Shown here in pieces: positions 37,820-53,568 of a stretch of DNA of 64,000 nt; the stretch's first letter is position 1; each line of letters begins with the position of its first letter. The stretch lies in the NCBI GenBank assembly GCA_964016885.1, contig OZ024758.1, positions 28,396,001 through 28,460,000 on the forward strand, written 5' to 3'. The translations under genes were made by a program, and so were the position numbers. Origin of the DNA: Eledone cirrhosa. Lineage: Eukaryota. Under the pieces are notes generated by a model that worked only from the letters and a program-made list of their open reading frames with translations, did no database searches and was not told the DNA's origin.

Positions 37820-39624
37820 ATATATATATATTATCTTAATGATTACACAAGAATATACAGACTCTGCAGGAATATAAACCAAAACTTACACACAAGGAAA
37901 TAAGTTTAGGTGTTATGAAGAGAAAAGAATATTAATCATCTCATGATTTATTCTATTTTCTGAATTTTCTCCATTTTTCTTATTTGTAAATTATAACTTA
38001 TTGGATTTGATAGAGAAAATTTCTAATCCCTAATATACAGCTGGGTGTAAATATTTCTTAAGTTCTTTAATTCAATTATCTATCTGAAAGATTTACTGTT
38101 AAGAATATTTATTTAGTAATTTAGAATGGTTAATAAATTTATTTTAGTTACTATAAATTTTAATTTGATAAATGCTGTGAGAATTTCCTAACATATATAA
38201 GTTGAAAGAAATATGCAAACTATTGCTTGAACATTAAAATGTTTAAATTTGACAAAAGTAAATTGGTGAAAAAGTGACTGTTTGGGCAAGGAAAAAGTAT
38301 ATTAAAAAATTGTGAAGTTTGACAGTCATTCGTTAGTACATCATGCAGTAAGATGTTAGTTTAATTCAAGGTGCAATGTGCAAGATGTGTATCTGCCTGC
38401 AAAAATGATTATGAAAAGTGTTTTTAGGGGTATGCTAACTACAGCAGTGGCATTGTGAAGTTTATTCACATATACATAGACATAGAAATACTGTAAAATA
38501 TAGTTCAACTAATTCTTTTTAAAGATAGTTATTTCATATTTTAAATCATTAAAAGTCTATTTAGAAACAAAATAAAAAAGGGCTATCTATTGACAATTAA
38601 TTTGATAAAGAATTCATAATAAAAACCCTTTAATTGTTGGGTAATCTCTTCTATATTTTATTATGAAAGATGGATTAAATTTTTTAATAGTAAAATATAT
38701 CAAATATATTATTTAAGAAAAATCTATTATGATAATTAAATTTACTCTCTTAGAAGAAGAAAAAAAACGCCTGAAGAATTAAGAATATATGTGTTTCTAA
38801 ATTTTAATTTATATGATTAATCACAAGAATGGTTTCAAAATAACGATTTCACTAAAATTCCATTATGTAGCTTTTTAATATTAATTTTTTTCTCTTGGTT
38901 TTAATTTACAAATTGAGATGAGCTTTTTCACCGAATAAGTCTAAAACTTCTTTCTTCCCATGTTTAATAATTCATGGGGCAATGAATAATTATTTAGAAA
39001 TATAATAGGAACATTAATATTTTAATACAAATGTTAATTCTAAGATATAGATACAACCACATTATGAAGACTGAAAATCCTTTACCATTATAAATAAGAT
39101 ATCTTTTTTTTTATATATGTCATATTAGCATACACATACCTTAATGAATATAATCAAACACAACCACATTCAAACTTCTTGAAAAACGGGTTACTATATA
39201 AACATGTGTGTATATTGAAGAATATACATTTGTAAACAACAATTAAAATAGGAAAAATATCAATGAACTCACTCTTAAGAATTTAACCAAATATCTCTTG
39301 ATTACTAGACAAATCTTGTTAGTTCCCATTCTCAAATTATTGTTTGCAAATGCATAACATTTAATATTATGTATGTTACAGAAAAACCCTTAACTATTAA
39401 TTCACAATTCAATTCATATATATATATATATATATGAACAACAGATACCAAATGTTCACATCTATTTATTTACACCCATTTATTCAAAGTGATTCCTGCA
39501 CCAGGAAACTAGATGAACTAAAGCAGTTGGAATAATAAATGCTCTAGTTAAGTTGTGAGTGAAGGCAAAGGAAAGTTTTGTGCTGTATTTAAGTGATAGA
39601 AAGAGACTAATAACAACAACATAC

Positions 39625-39642
39625 CTGGAACCCCAGGCACGT
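39625..39642 (-). CDS. CADPS: Candidate 18-nt CADPS microexon
   Basis: ttatttatatgcag|ACGTGCCTGGGGTTCCAG|gtatgt; GC-rich island in unique AT-rich DNA; open in phase 2 (RAWGS-S). No transcript evidence. Confidence 0.5.
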
Positions 39643-39734
39643 CTGCATATAAATAAGTTCAATATCATGTTGAAGTGAAAATATTAAAATCATCAAAATA
39701 TGACATTGGTCTGTTTATTTTTAATTTCTACTGT

Positions 39735-40452
<718 letters not shown>

Positions 40453-40652
40453 NNNNNNNNNNNNNNNNNNNNNNNNNNNNNNNNNNNNNNNNNNNNNNNN
40501 NNNNNNNNNNNNNNNNNNNNNNNNNNNNNNNNNNNNNNNNNNNNNNNNNNNNNNNNNNNNNNNNNNNNNNNNNNNNNNNNNNNNNNNNNNNNNNNNNNNN
40601 NNNNNNNNNNNNNNNNNNNNNNNNNNNNNNNNNNNNNNNNNNNNNNNNNNNN
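40453..40652. other. Assembly gap (200 N)
   Basis: Run of N. Confidence 1.
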
Positions 40653-40686
40653 AGCATGGTGTCTGATGCTTTAATAATAATAATAA

Positions 40687-40877
40687 TAATTGTTTCTACT
40701 TTTGGCACAAGGCCAGCAATTATTCCAGTGCATTACTGGTACTTTATTTTATCGACCCCGTAAGGATGAAAGGCAAAGTCAACCTCGGCGGGATTTGAAC
40801 TCAGATCGTAAAGGGACGTAACTATGCTGGAAAGCATGGCGTCCGACCCTCTACCGGTACTGCCAATCCACCGCCCA
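40687..40877 (-). mobile_element. MetaSINE-type SINE
   Basis: Full head to tail on the minus strand. Confidence 0.88.
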
Positions 40878-41028
40878 TAATAATAATAATACAGAGAATA
40901 AGCAAAGAAGTGGGGAATAAATGAGAGAGAGAGAAATTTGTGTACAATATCAACATGCATGGTGGAAGAAGACCTTGAAGTAAAGAAAAGGTAGAGAAAA
41001 GATGAAAACTATATATATATATATATAT

Positions 41029-41109
<81 letters not shown>

Positions 41110-42424
41110 ATAAAGTGAGTGAACGAGTGAGAATAATGAATAAGAGTAAGAAAGTAAGAAGCATAAGAATAAGGAAGTGAAGAACGAACTTATCCAACAT
41201 ACAGCAGGTAATTGTGCAACAAACAGATGATGTTCTCAGTAGCAGAGAAACTGCTTGACATTGAATTGTAGAAAGTAGACAAAGATAATCACATGAAGAT
41301 AATACTGAACATGAACTGGAGAGAAACAACTGCAAAACAGATACAAGAAAAGAAGCAAGGCTCAAGGTAAAAAGAATAAGAATAACTGAAAAAAAAAGAA
41401 GACAAAATGAAGCACAATAAGAAAATGGAGTAAGAATTACTGAAAGGAGACAGAAATATACCACATCATTTTTGAAGGTACTTGAATGTGTATGCTTGTG
41501 TGTATATCTTTTTGTTTTTTTTCACTTGGTCGGTCTTGAGGAAGAGACAGTGCCCCTGACCTTCACAGGCTCTATAGGCTTGAAAAATCAATGCCATTGA
41601 TGTTCCATTTAAATTGTTATCTATCCACCTTTTTTGGAGAGACATGAGCAACAAGGGAATTCTAGTGGGCTGATGATCTAAGCAAGAAGGATTGGGTGTA
41701 GTTATTTGTGAGGATTGTGAGTTTGGACACAACACGAGTGATAAGAGAAAGAGAGATGAAAAGGTTAGTGAGAGTGCGATGGGAGTGACAAGCTCCAAGG
41801 AAAAGAAATTATTGATGTAATGGCAGAAGAATCAGATGAAAAAGACAGCACAACTACAGATCTGAGACAAGTAACACTGAACATTTGAAATGATTATTTC
41901 TATAATTAGATATCTTATTAATCCTAAGGCTTAAAAGGAGTCAATTGAGTATATGCTCTTCTAAACTTCTCTTGCAATTGGTTTTGAGAAATAATTAAAA
42001 TAAATAAGTATTGCAGCATCACTGAACTATTTCTTCAAGATGTCTCATATGGCAACCTGCCAATTGCTGTCTTCGGTGAGCTATTTTTTTTAGTTAACTT
42101 TGGGGCAGACCATCATAAAGTTCTATATTGGCAGTGGGGCTCTTCTAAGTGATGTTAACCTGTTGACTGCCACATATTTTACACAGCTACAGTTGCTGTG
42201 CCTGTTCTTTTTTCTTCCAGTAAAATGACTGAATGATTGACAAACGTTGCATCAATAGTAACCCCATCTAGCTTTGAAGTTATAAACTTTTGGAAACGAT
42301 TTCATAACTATGAAGTTGTGAAGTGTTAGAAAAGAGTTCAAACATGTTAGGATGAGTTATCTTCTCTACAGCACTGAAGGGGTTAAGGGCTATCCATCAC
42401 ATGTAGAAGTACATTCCATCTAGA

Positions 42425-42750
42425 TTGGATTGCAATTGACTACATAATGAGATAAGCTGTTGATGACAGATGAGAAGAAATTAACTTCAGACTTAACAAT
42501 CAGGAGAAGCAACTGTATACCACCTATGGTAATGTCTAACCTTATGTAGGTTGAGGATATTGCCTTACTATCAGAAGGAATACATCAAAACACATGAACT
42601 GCTAGAAAGGTTAGTGAAGAAAGCTGAGAATGTTGGTCTATTCATCAATATTAAGGAGACAGAGGTTATGCAATTATACAAAACTAGTGATCATAAACTC
42701 AAAATTTGAACAGCAACAAAAGGTTGTTGAAAATTTCAAATATTTTAAGT
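42425..42750 (+). mobile_element. Degraded RTE-type reverse transcriptase fragment
   Basis: IAIDYIMR...EDIALLSE..ELLERLVKKAENVGLFINIKETEVM...VENFKY. Confidence 0.65.
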
Positions 42751-44667
42751 ATATTGTGTGTGGGTGTATATATATATATATATATATATACACACAAAGA
42801 TAGTGACAGAGAAAAGGGGGTGTAGAGAGAGAAAGAGTGAACATAAGTCTGTGGCATATCATTAAATGCAAAAGTTTAATTGTCAACCAGAATTCTTTGC
42901 TTTCCTACTATAAATTTGAAGACTGAAAAGATTGAGGAAACATTAAGAATTCCTAATCTGAAATAGAGTTAATAACAACAAATCAAAATATATATCTTTA
43001 AAAAGTATAATTATTGGGAATTCTGAAAAATCAAATGGTGAATTTTTTCTGCTGATTCTTTTTTTACTTCTTATCAATTGCTCAAATAGTAAAGATATTT
43101 TTCAATGGGTTTCTCTATGGGTTGTATGTTAGAAAATATTTATGAGTGCCTATTATATGAGTACAATGATTTTAAAAATGTGTATGTGTATATGGAGATA
43201 ATTCGTTAAAAAAACCACATACACACACATTTTTATCTTTCTTAGTAAAAAATAATGCACACATCATCATCATCATCATCATTATCGCTGTTTTTCGCCT
43301 ATTTTCCATGCTTGCAAGGGTTAGACAGGTTATAAGGTTCTGAGGCTACACAGGCAGATCAAACAACTCTGTCATGGTCATTCATTCCATTTTGGTTTGG
43401 TTTCTATGGCTAGATGCCATTCCTAATGTTAACCACTTCACAGCATATAACAGGTTCATTTTCTCATGACACCACAACTACCACCTGACAAGGTAGACTG
43501 GGAATTCTTTTTTTTTCATGGCATCATCACTACAACTTTAGGTTTATTGCACTATAATGATAAAACTTCAGTTTGAGACACTATGATGATTAGAAAATGG
43601 TATTGTTCCTATCAATGTTAGAACCATAAAGACTGAACCAGGAGTAAAATCACCAAAAAAAAAATCCTTAGACTGTGAGCAAATTGATATGAGGTGAATT
43701 TTATATTAAAAAAAATTATAGAAAATTTCAATTAAGTTCTGAACTGTTAATATTTTCCCAACCTATTCGAAATATATTTAATTGTAAAATCTAAAAAAAA
43801 AAAAATGGAAAATTAGATAAATAGCTAGATTCATTTCATTAATATTTATGCTACATTAATAAACACTGATGATCAAAGAACTATTAATGTTGGCATCTAT
43901 AATTAAATGAGAATAATAGCTTTTTTTATTTAATCAAATGATTTTATTGAGTAATTAGAATTGAAAGTTAGTAATTAAAACTACATAATCACTGTTAAAT
44001 TATTTAAATCAAAACAAATATTGAAGAAAAAAAAAATTAGAGAGCAATGCATTGTACATTATGGGCAATTTTAATTTGTTTCTTTTAGAAGAAGTGAAAA
44101 GCTGAAGTGAGATTTCTTTGATTTTGGTGGGTGAGGTTAATGTGTTCTTTGAATTGTTGTAGGATAGCATTTAATAGGAAAACATAAACAAGGAGAGAAC
44201 TCCAAAAGGCAAATATTCCAAGGAAGAAGAATTTGGCAAGGTGTTTATTATAAATAGGAAGTGTAAGACAGTAATCACTGACAGAAAGAAAGGAAATGAC
44301 TATAATGGGTATGTTTAAGTAGATTTGGTACTGACTAAGAAATTTAAGGAGAATAGAGGATAGCAGATATTCAAATTAATATCTAAAAGATAGTGCAAAG
44401 TAAAGGTTTAAGTCACAGATTGGAGGCATTTTCTAATGGAATTTTTCTATCAGGAATATATTTTTCCTGGATGAAATCTAATATTTTTGTAAGGGGAAAG
44501 TAGTACAACAGCTCAAACATAGGAGTAATATTTTGTGCTGACACTTACCAGAAAATAATATTAAAATGTCAATTAGGCTCACTACTAAATTAGTTTTTAG
44601 TTCTGAAAAGGAAACCGAATCTCCTTGCCAGTTAAATAACAAACCAGTTACAATGGTCAAGGTGTAC

Positions 44668-44742
44668 CTTTTGTCTGGAGAATTGAGAGCTTCTGTGACA
44701 TTGAATGCTCAACTCACTTACCTGAGAGAGAGAAAGAAATGA
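44668..44742 (-). other. Recursive-splice-site-like motif with 54-nt RS-exon
   Basis: Minus strand atttctttctctctctcag|GTAAGT (junction 44722/44721); alternative donor AAG|gtacac after 44668. Confidence 0.35.
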
Positions 44743-46161
44743 AGGGAGGGAAAGAAGGAAATAGAGAAAGAGTAAGAGAGAAAGAAAGAGTTTAAATTAC
44801 TGACAATTGAAATACCATTTGGTAATCTCTTTAAAGTCACTTGGTTGTCTATAGTGCTTAGATAATATTTGTTAGGCTTTCATTTTGTGGTTTATACTGC
44901 TCAAATTATATTTTATTAATGTTTAAATTGTTTTCTTAAGTATCATTTAGGGGCCTATATAGTAAAAATTGTATTTTCTTAAACAAAAATTATGAACTAC
45001 ATTTAATTAATTTCCCATTGTGAAATTTTAAAATGCTAAACATGAACACATCTAAAAATAATCATACTAAACAATATTATTTTTATAGTTTTTTTATATG
45101 AAGGCTTAAGTTGATTCTCATAACTTTAAAAATTGTTAATATATTTTAATTAATATAATATATAAATCCAATTAATTTATTTTTGTATATTTGGAAAGCT
45201 ATCAATTACATATATATATTATTATGAAGTGCTAAACTTTGGAATTGTAATAACATTATAGATACTATTTGGTGAATTTTAATACAATGTAGTTTATGAC
45301 ATGAGTTAAAACAATAGTGTGTATGAGTTTCTATATTTTATAGCTTACTTTAAGGAAATAATGTGAAAAAAACTGAAAAACAGATAGTTTAGAAATATTG
45401 TATACGAAAAAAGAACACTATGAGCTGAAGAAATTATTATTTGATAAATTTTGAATGAATGTAAAATCTACAGAAATACAGTATCAGTAATGTCTTGCAT
45501 CAAAAAGTAATGAAAAACAGGCTAAAATCACAACTAAATATATACAATAAATATAATTGAAATGAAAGCAAAATACCAAATATGAATTTAAAAAATGTAA
45601 TCCATAATTATTACTATCAAAGTGAATATAAATAGTATTAAATGTACAACATGATCTTTCAAGGTAAAAAATCCTGATTATTTTAGAAATGTTTGTTAGA
45701 GAAAAGCTAAGAGAGATTAATCTAAAATAATTAGATATAAGAAAGGAAGCAGTGAGGTGTAACGAGCCGTGAAAGTTTTGTGGTGAAATGGTTGATTACA
45801 TAAAGAAAGAAATCACAGAAATTATATAACTTTAAGAGAATGGCTATTTTAATCAGCCGTTTAAAGAATTTGTAGGAAGTAAATAGTGAAAGTTGTAATA
45901 AAGACATAACATAATAGAAGGAAAATGTGTTGAAAGAATAAAATTGAATAAATTTGAATAAATATTTCAGTATAATTGAAAAAAAAAAAGACTGATCATG
46001 CTAATTGCAACAAAGATGGTGTTGGTGACAGTGGTTATAGCAGTGCTTGTGGTAGTGATGAGAGCTGCATCAGCAGCAATGACAGCAGCACAGCTATTGC
46101 AATCTAGTACAACATCAAACCACAACATTGATCTATCATACAAAGATACACAAAAGCTCAC

Positions 46162-46209
46162 TGATGTATAATTGGATTCCCATGGTGAGAGTTTGCTTTT
46201 ATCTCGCAG
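46162..46209 (-). CDS. CADPS: Candidate 48-nt CADPS cassette exon
   Basis: ttaactcttcattcctttccacag|CTGCGAG...TACATCA|gtgagc; 16 codons, open in phase 2 (CEIKANSHHGNPIIH). Lies beyond the assembly gap. Confidence 0.4.
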
Positions 46210-47445
46210 CTGTGGAAAGGAATGAAGAGTTAATTGCTTACATATCACACACAAAAAAAATTAATAATAATGGGAGAAACTTGTTGGAGAATTAATAATA
46301 AAGAGTGTACGAAAGATAAATCCACTTTAACTGCAAAGCCAATTAGCAATAATTTCATGCAAATTTTATCTATTTTAAATAATTATAAAATTGAAGTAAA
46401 GAGAAACTTAGGAGTCTGATAATATTACATACACCAATACCAAAAAATAACCAGAAAATATAAAAAAATAACTTTTACTCAATACTACAACCTAAAAAGC
46501 TAATGATACCTATAAAAACAGATAAAAAGAAAGATGTCACAGCTATATATTTCAGTAAAACTATATATACATTTTTTTTTCGGCATCAAATGGATGCATA
46601 ATAAATAGAAAACATAAATAGAAAAAAAAAATTATAAAAGGATGATTAAAATTGCAATATCTTAAACATTGAAAATATAAGAACTAGTATTAAGATGAAT
46701 AGAAATTTAATTTAATAACATTTACTTAGAAATTTTAGTTTCAGAAAAACTATTGAATTTCCAGTTTGTTAGTAGTAAATTCAATAGGAGTTTTCTTATT
46801 CTAAGGACAATAAAATCAAATGTTTCATAAACTTTCCTCAAAGAAACATTACTAATTATTAGAAATGCATAACAAGTTTAGGAGCATACAAATAGTTTTA
46901 CATTTCAGGGAAGTAATTTTTTAAAAATGAATATTGAGCTATATGCAGACATAAATAATAGTTTAGCTGTTTAAAGTTATAAACTACTGGCAGTAAAAGT
47001 TGAAGAACTTTAGCCATAAACATGAAAATATAAGTGCTACATATAAAACTGAATTTATATGTCAGCAATTCCTTTTCAAATCTGGAAGCTATGAGAAGAA
47101 AGTTGCAATAAATATAAATGTATAATATTTAGAAGTGCATTAATTTCACAAGCATATAAAAAAAAATCCTTGTAAATGCTAAAAGATAGGAACAAATACT
47201 ATTCTGTCTTTCTGTGCCACACACACACACATACTCATAAATATATACATAAATACATACATACATATATACATACATACATATATATATATACATACAT
47301 ATATATATACATACATATATATATACATTTGAATATGTATGTATATATACATACATATATATATACATATTATATATACACATATATATAGACATATATA
47401 TATACACATATATATAGACATATATATATACACATATATATAGAC

Positions 47446-47496
<51 letters not shown>

Positions 47497-48994
47497 TATA
47501 TAGAGACATATATAAACATATATAGAGAGACATATATAAACATATATATATATATGCATTTATACATATAAAATATATCTTAGTTTTAAAAAATTATGCA
47601 CACACACACATACACACACACACGCACAGACCCACTGATATACGAATACATAGAAAACATCTAAATACATTCACTAAATGAAGAACCTGAAGTACGCACT
47701 CTTATCGTACACAAAATTTATATAAAAATAAACAAGGTCAAAATTGAAAACTATATCATAAGAATCTGTAGAAATTAAGGGAGACCTATAAAGATGAATA
47801 AACTTAAGGGATTTCACGGTGCGAAAGACACAACAAAAGAAAATCTTTATACAATATTGCAGATGAAAATTGAAATACTAAAACTAAAAATAATCTTAGT
47901 GATACCATAAATAAGGTGAGATATTTCTTTAAGATAGAAAACAGATTTGATAATACACCACTCAGTTTCCAGGTCAAATATTATGTCAGATGAGGACTTT
48001 TATTCATTTTTAGAAAATGAACAAAAATAAGTAATGTACCAAAATATATTGCCACATTGCTTAAATATAATACAAGTAATTTAGAAATTTACAACTGAGT
48101 AGACATCAACAAAAAGAGCCTATCATGTAAAAATTCTTAATTAGGTAAAAAATTAAAATGAATATTTTTATTAACATAAATTAAAATAGAAAATCAAATG
48201 ATATTAGCAACAAAACTTCATACAAACTATTTAAACGTTTACAATCTCTTATGGTTGAACACATTCATGATGTTGACTAATGTTTTGTTTAACATTGAAG
48301 AAATAAATAATAAAAAGCTAATTTTTTTAATTATATAATCTTACACACAACCATATATACTACTATGAATATTTGTGTGTTTATTATGCATGGACTTTAT
48401 TTAATCCAGATGGAACATTAAATTCTATCTAGTTTCATTGAAAGCACACACAAATATTCAAAAGAATATATATATAGTAAATTCTTAATCCTATTTATTG
48501 TAGAATAAGATGAAATGTTACACAATCTAACAAAGAAAAATTAAATCATTCTGTTTTTAAAATGCTTTATAAATGTTCTTAGTAATAAGAATAAATGAAA
48601 TGAAATTGTTAATTCAGCTGCAAGGAATGAATTATTCAGGAAATAATACACAAAACCTATTAGATACTTCCATAGGGATATCATATATAAAATCTTATCA
48701 GCTCCTCCCCAAAGTTATATAATTAGATTCATTTCAAAGATTCCACGCGACACAATAATGGACATGATATAAATGTTGTTATAATAATTTATAAGATTAT
48801 TAAGCACAAGATATAATGTTTATGTAATTTTAGCTATTAATATTTGATATATATATCAATCATATTTAAACATATGTTAGACTTACTAATTGACATTAAC
48901 CATATGTACTATTAACAATTATTGAGATTTCCTTTGATAATTATACATATATGCATACATTCAGACACACACATATATGTGTGTGTGTGGCTGC

Positions 48995-49037
<43 letters not shown>

Positions 49038-49041
49038 TAAA

Positions 49042-49556
49042 CATATATTGTTATACTTGAGGAGGGTCATATTGTTGTAATAATTGTTTCTATTTTTGGC
49101 ACAAGGCCAGCAATTACCCAGTGCATTACTGGTACTTTATTTTATCGACCCCGTAAGGATGAAAGGCAAAGTTAACCTCGGCGGAATTTGAACTCAGATC
49201 ATAAAGGGACGTAACTCTATGCTTCAAAGCATGGTGTCCGACTCTCTACCGATACTGCCAAACCACCGCCCTTTGTTGTCAGAAATACAACAGGAGGAAC
49301 ATAATAGTACCACTGATGATGTAGCAGATGTGCAACGAAAGAACTTTGTTAGACTATATATATGTATTTATATCTATATTACATCTGTATTTTTGACCGT
49401 TGGTTAGTCAATGATAAACATTGAGGACCAAATGAATTAACTGTGGAGATATAAAAGATACAGAAGCGAAAACCAACCAAACAGTGTGTTCTGTTATTAT
49501 TTCTGGCAATATTATTACAACAATATGACCCTCCCCAAGTATAACAATATTTGTTT
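49042..49556. mobile_element. Inverted-repeat element with degenerate hammerhead, interrupted by a MetaSINE (49080-49271)
   Basis: atattgttatacttgaggagggtcatattgttgtaataat / attattacaacaatatgaccctccccaagtataacaatat; CTGATGA (49313)...GAAA (49337). Confidence 0.6.
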
Positions 49557-50050
49557 CGACACATGATTTCATATGAAAAACCTCGCAAAACAAATATAAA
49601 TAAACATATATATATATGTGTGTATGAAGGTTGATTTGTATATATATATATGTGTGTGTGAACTCATCATCATTTTTCCATGTTTTTTTCCATGCTAGCA
49701 TCTTTTGCTATTAAGTAGGATACTGATCTTTGTAAGTTGAAGCACTGAGTCACAGGAATTTTGTTTACATAGGACATAAATAAATGTCACAGCTAGCAGT
49801 GTCAAATGTGAAGCTAAGTTACAGGAAACAAATACATACAAATATACAGCCAACTCTGCATCTTGGGCAGAGGGGGTGAGAGATGATTTCAAATAGCTGA
49901 AGCTCACAGAGTAGATGAAGGAATAGAACAAATTAATGAAGTCTTCCTAAACAGGCTAGGAAAGCAGTCAAATAACTTACAACTTGTCCAAAAAATGCCA
50001 GCATTAAAAACTTATGATAATGTTTATATATATATGTGTGTGTGTGTATT

Positions 50051-50422
<372 letters not shown>

Positions 50423-50485
50423 TGGAAAGGGAAGCAAAAGTCACTATATAAACTTCAATATCTGAAGAGTGCAAAATACCCTCAG

Positions 50486-50519
<34 letters not shown>

Positions 50520-53500
50520 AGTCCTAGGCACGGCTGTTACCCTCTCATTTTCTCTTTCACTTGCTGTCTATCCCTCCCCTTCTAATCAGAATCCTATTAC
50601 AATACTTTCTTAGTCGATCTCTTTCTTTCAACTATTATCTATGCACATAGTTCGATCTCCCCTTAGTGTTTTTAATGATCACCATCTTAGTTAAAGAAAA
50701 TATTTTTTTGTTGATATCTTAAACTCAAAATGTGTCAAATTTTAAAGATTTTCAAGTAATAATCTGACTGATTTAAATAATTTTAACCAGCTTACATTGT
50801 TTAAAAAAAAATCAAACTTAGAGTAGTAATGAACTGATAATTATGTGTATAATTGTAAAGATCTTCCTAAAGCTTTAATACTTCTATGATGTTAAACTGT
50901 TAAACATGCATTTCATTTGATGTGTATAATAAATAACAATCTGTTACAATCGGGAGATGGTGCTATTGTTATCTGCTAAAAATAAAAGAAGCAAAATACT
51001 CCCAGCATTTGAGTAGCCAAAAGTAAAAAACAATTGGAGAAACTTGTTGAAATTTTATGAAATAGATGAAATGGTAAAAAATCATTTTGTAATGGAGTTG
51101 TGAAACAAAACCTATCCTCTAAATGATACATATAACATTTTAAAAATCAAAATATTAAAACGTTATAAATATATTCTCTACTAATGAGAATTTCAAAATT
51201 GCACCATCTAAACATAATGTGTTGATTAACTGCCTCGGCTTATACATGGGGTTTAGATTTTTGCCCATTTCTCAAACATAAAATGGAGTTGGGGTGATTA
51301 TATTTACATTGACTTATATTCATGTTTATACATTAATTTATTTAATTAATCACATTCCTAGTGACTGCATATCATGTAAATTAGACTGGCTGTTTCTGTT
51401 AAGTTTTGCTTTGTGTTTGATATAAATATTGATATGCTGTAAATTCTCTTCATGAATGAAAAGATAATTGTCTTTTTATGAACAGCCAGCTTGCTATGGA
51501 ACGTGTAAAGCAGTCTTCATATTTTTCTATATATGAAGAGAATAACAAAATGTGTTTACATTTGTTCAAGTTTTCATAATTTAGCTTATAATTGAACAAA
51601 AAAACTAGTTATTTACTCATCTAATCATTTACATGTTCCAGCTGACAAGCTGCGGCCATGCTGGGGCACCACCATATATCCACATTAAATTCATTTATGG
51701 TATTTAAACATAAATGGCTAGATTTCAACTATTTCTATTCTCAAAATCACATCATGTACATGAAACCCAACTTATTTTAGCTTAAAATGAGGCCTTATTA
51801 TAAATGATTAACTAAATTCACTTCCTCTCCTGCATTCTCAGGATAATGTATTTAAGGATTGAAACTAAATATTCTCATCAGAAAAATTTGAATATAGTTA
51901 ATGCTATATTTTAGAAGTGAAATAACGATACTATTCAAATTATATTGATTTCATTAAATAGATTCCTCTCTTGTCTATTTCTTTCTATTAACTATATAAA
52001 TGATTACTATTATTAACTATATATGTGGTTTCATTATTGCTTTTATTTTCAACCTATTGTAATACTTAGATATGTAATGTTTTATTTTTTAAAAAATCAA
52101 GATAAATGTAGGCATGCTTACTGAAAAGTCATGGAATATTTTATATCAAACAAAATGTTTCACTTTATTTGTTCCAAAATATTTTATGAGAAATACCAAG
52201 ACTCAGTGTGTTCCTTAGAGAACTAACTCTTTTTATAAAACAATAAATTGGCAAATAATTATTCATCTATAATATTTAATATGCTCTAGTCATAAATTTG
52301 AGTAGGTTATTCTAATGGGTCACATTTGAATCTATTAAAATCTTAGTTTCAATTTCAATTGCAATTTCCTTTTGTTAGATATATAGTATAGACAGTTTGT
52401 ACCAAGCAATAAACAATAATTACATGAACCATTTATTCAAAATCAATTCTAAGAATCGTTTTAACACAAACACATACATTTGCTCCCGTTTACATTTTCA
52501 CACATACATGTGTGATGTGTGTTTGTGAGTGTAGGGGGGTGGGGTGGGGGGGGGGGGGGGTGAAAGAGAGAGCAAAGGATGGGAAAAAGATAGCATGTGA
52601 GAAATAGACATAAAATATACACATACACATATCCAGATATATGTTTATAAGTTTAATATATACCCATAGTTATATTAAAATACACCCAGCAATGCAAAAT
52701 ATTGTGTGAGAGAGAGAGAATACATGCATGCATGCATGTGTGTATGTATGTATGTACGTACATACGTATGTATGTGTGTACGTACAAAGGGCGGAAGAAC
52801 TCGTAAGAGTCAATGGCCATACAAATTTGTGTAAATATGCATATACACATGTACCGTGCAGTTAAACCACTGGGAGTGAAGGACCCCTAGCCTTTGTCAG
52901 GGCATTCTTCTAGGAGAAGGCAACTCAGGAAACTGGGATAACCCCAATATAAAACCTGCAGCTCAGTAGTTACCGATGATGTTGATCTTTTCTTCTTTTC
53001 GGGTTATAGCTACTGTCGCTCAGAGAGTGGGATTGGCTCAGTGCTCAGTCTTTCCTCACTTTTAAAAAATATCTTCATGCACAGGCATTGCACGATAGAA
53101 TTAATTAATAATTATTAATAATGGTATATCGTGCAATGGCCATACTCGATAACTAGGGGGCAGCCATCATGTACATATACAAGCATGTATACATGTGCAC
53201 ATCTGACATTGTGGTAAATAGATAAATCCTTATACAGTTATGAATATTGAAATTTACAAAAGAGAAAATTTGGACATTTGTGACTTTTCTCTCACAAGGC
53301 ATGATATAACACAAGACGATGTTGAAAGAAGTCTGGATTCCATGATTGCGAGGTGAAGTTCTTAAACCATTTCGTTATTCTACATGCTATATACATATGT
53401 GCCAACACAGATGACCACATACACACATACAAGAACTGATACACCTGGACACTGAAACATAGAGATACACACAATCTCTTACATACACATACATACACAC

Positions 53501-53568
53501 ATATATATATATACTTGGACTACCATTTATTTTCTGTAGCTATCCTTTATGATCCTGTCTCTATTTCT

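Noticed and set aside
47040-47095. FEKE peptide resembling the missing CADPS exon
   Set aside because: The surrounding residues do not match YVDLMESSIAQSIH..W.
50455-50490. CTGAAGA hammerhead start
   Set aside because: No GAAA, stem III or stem I partner follows.
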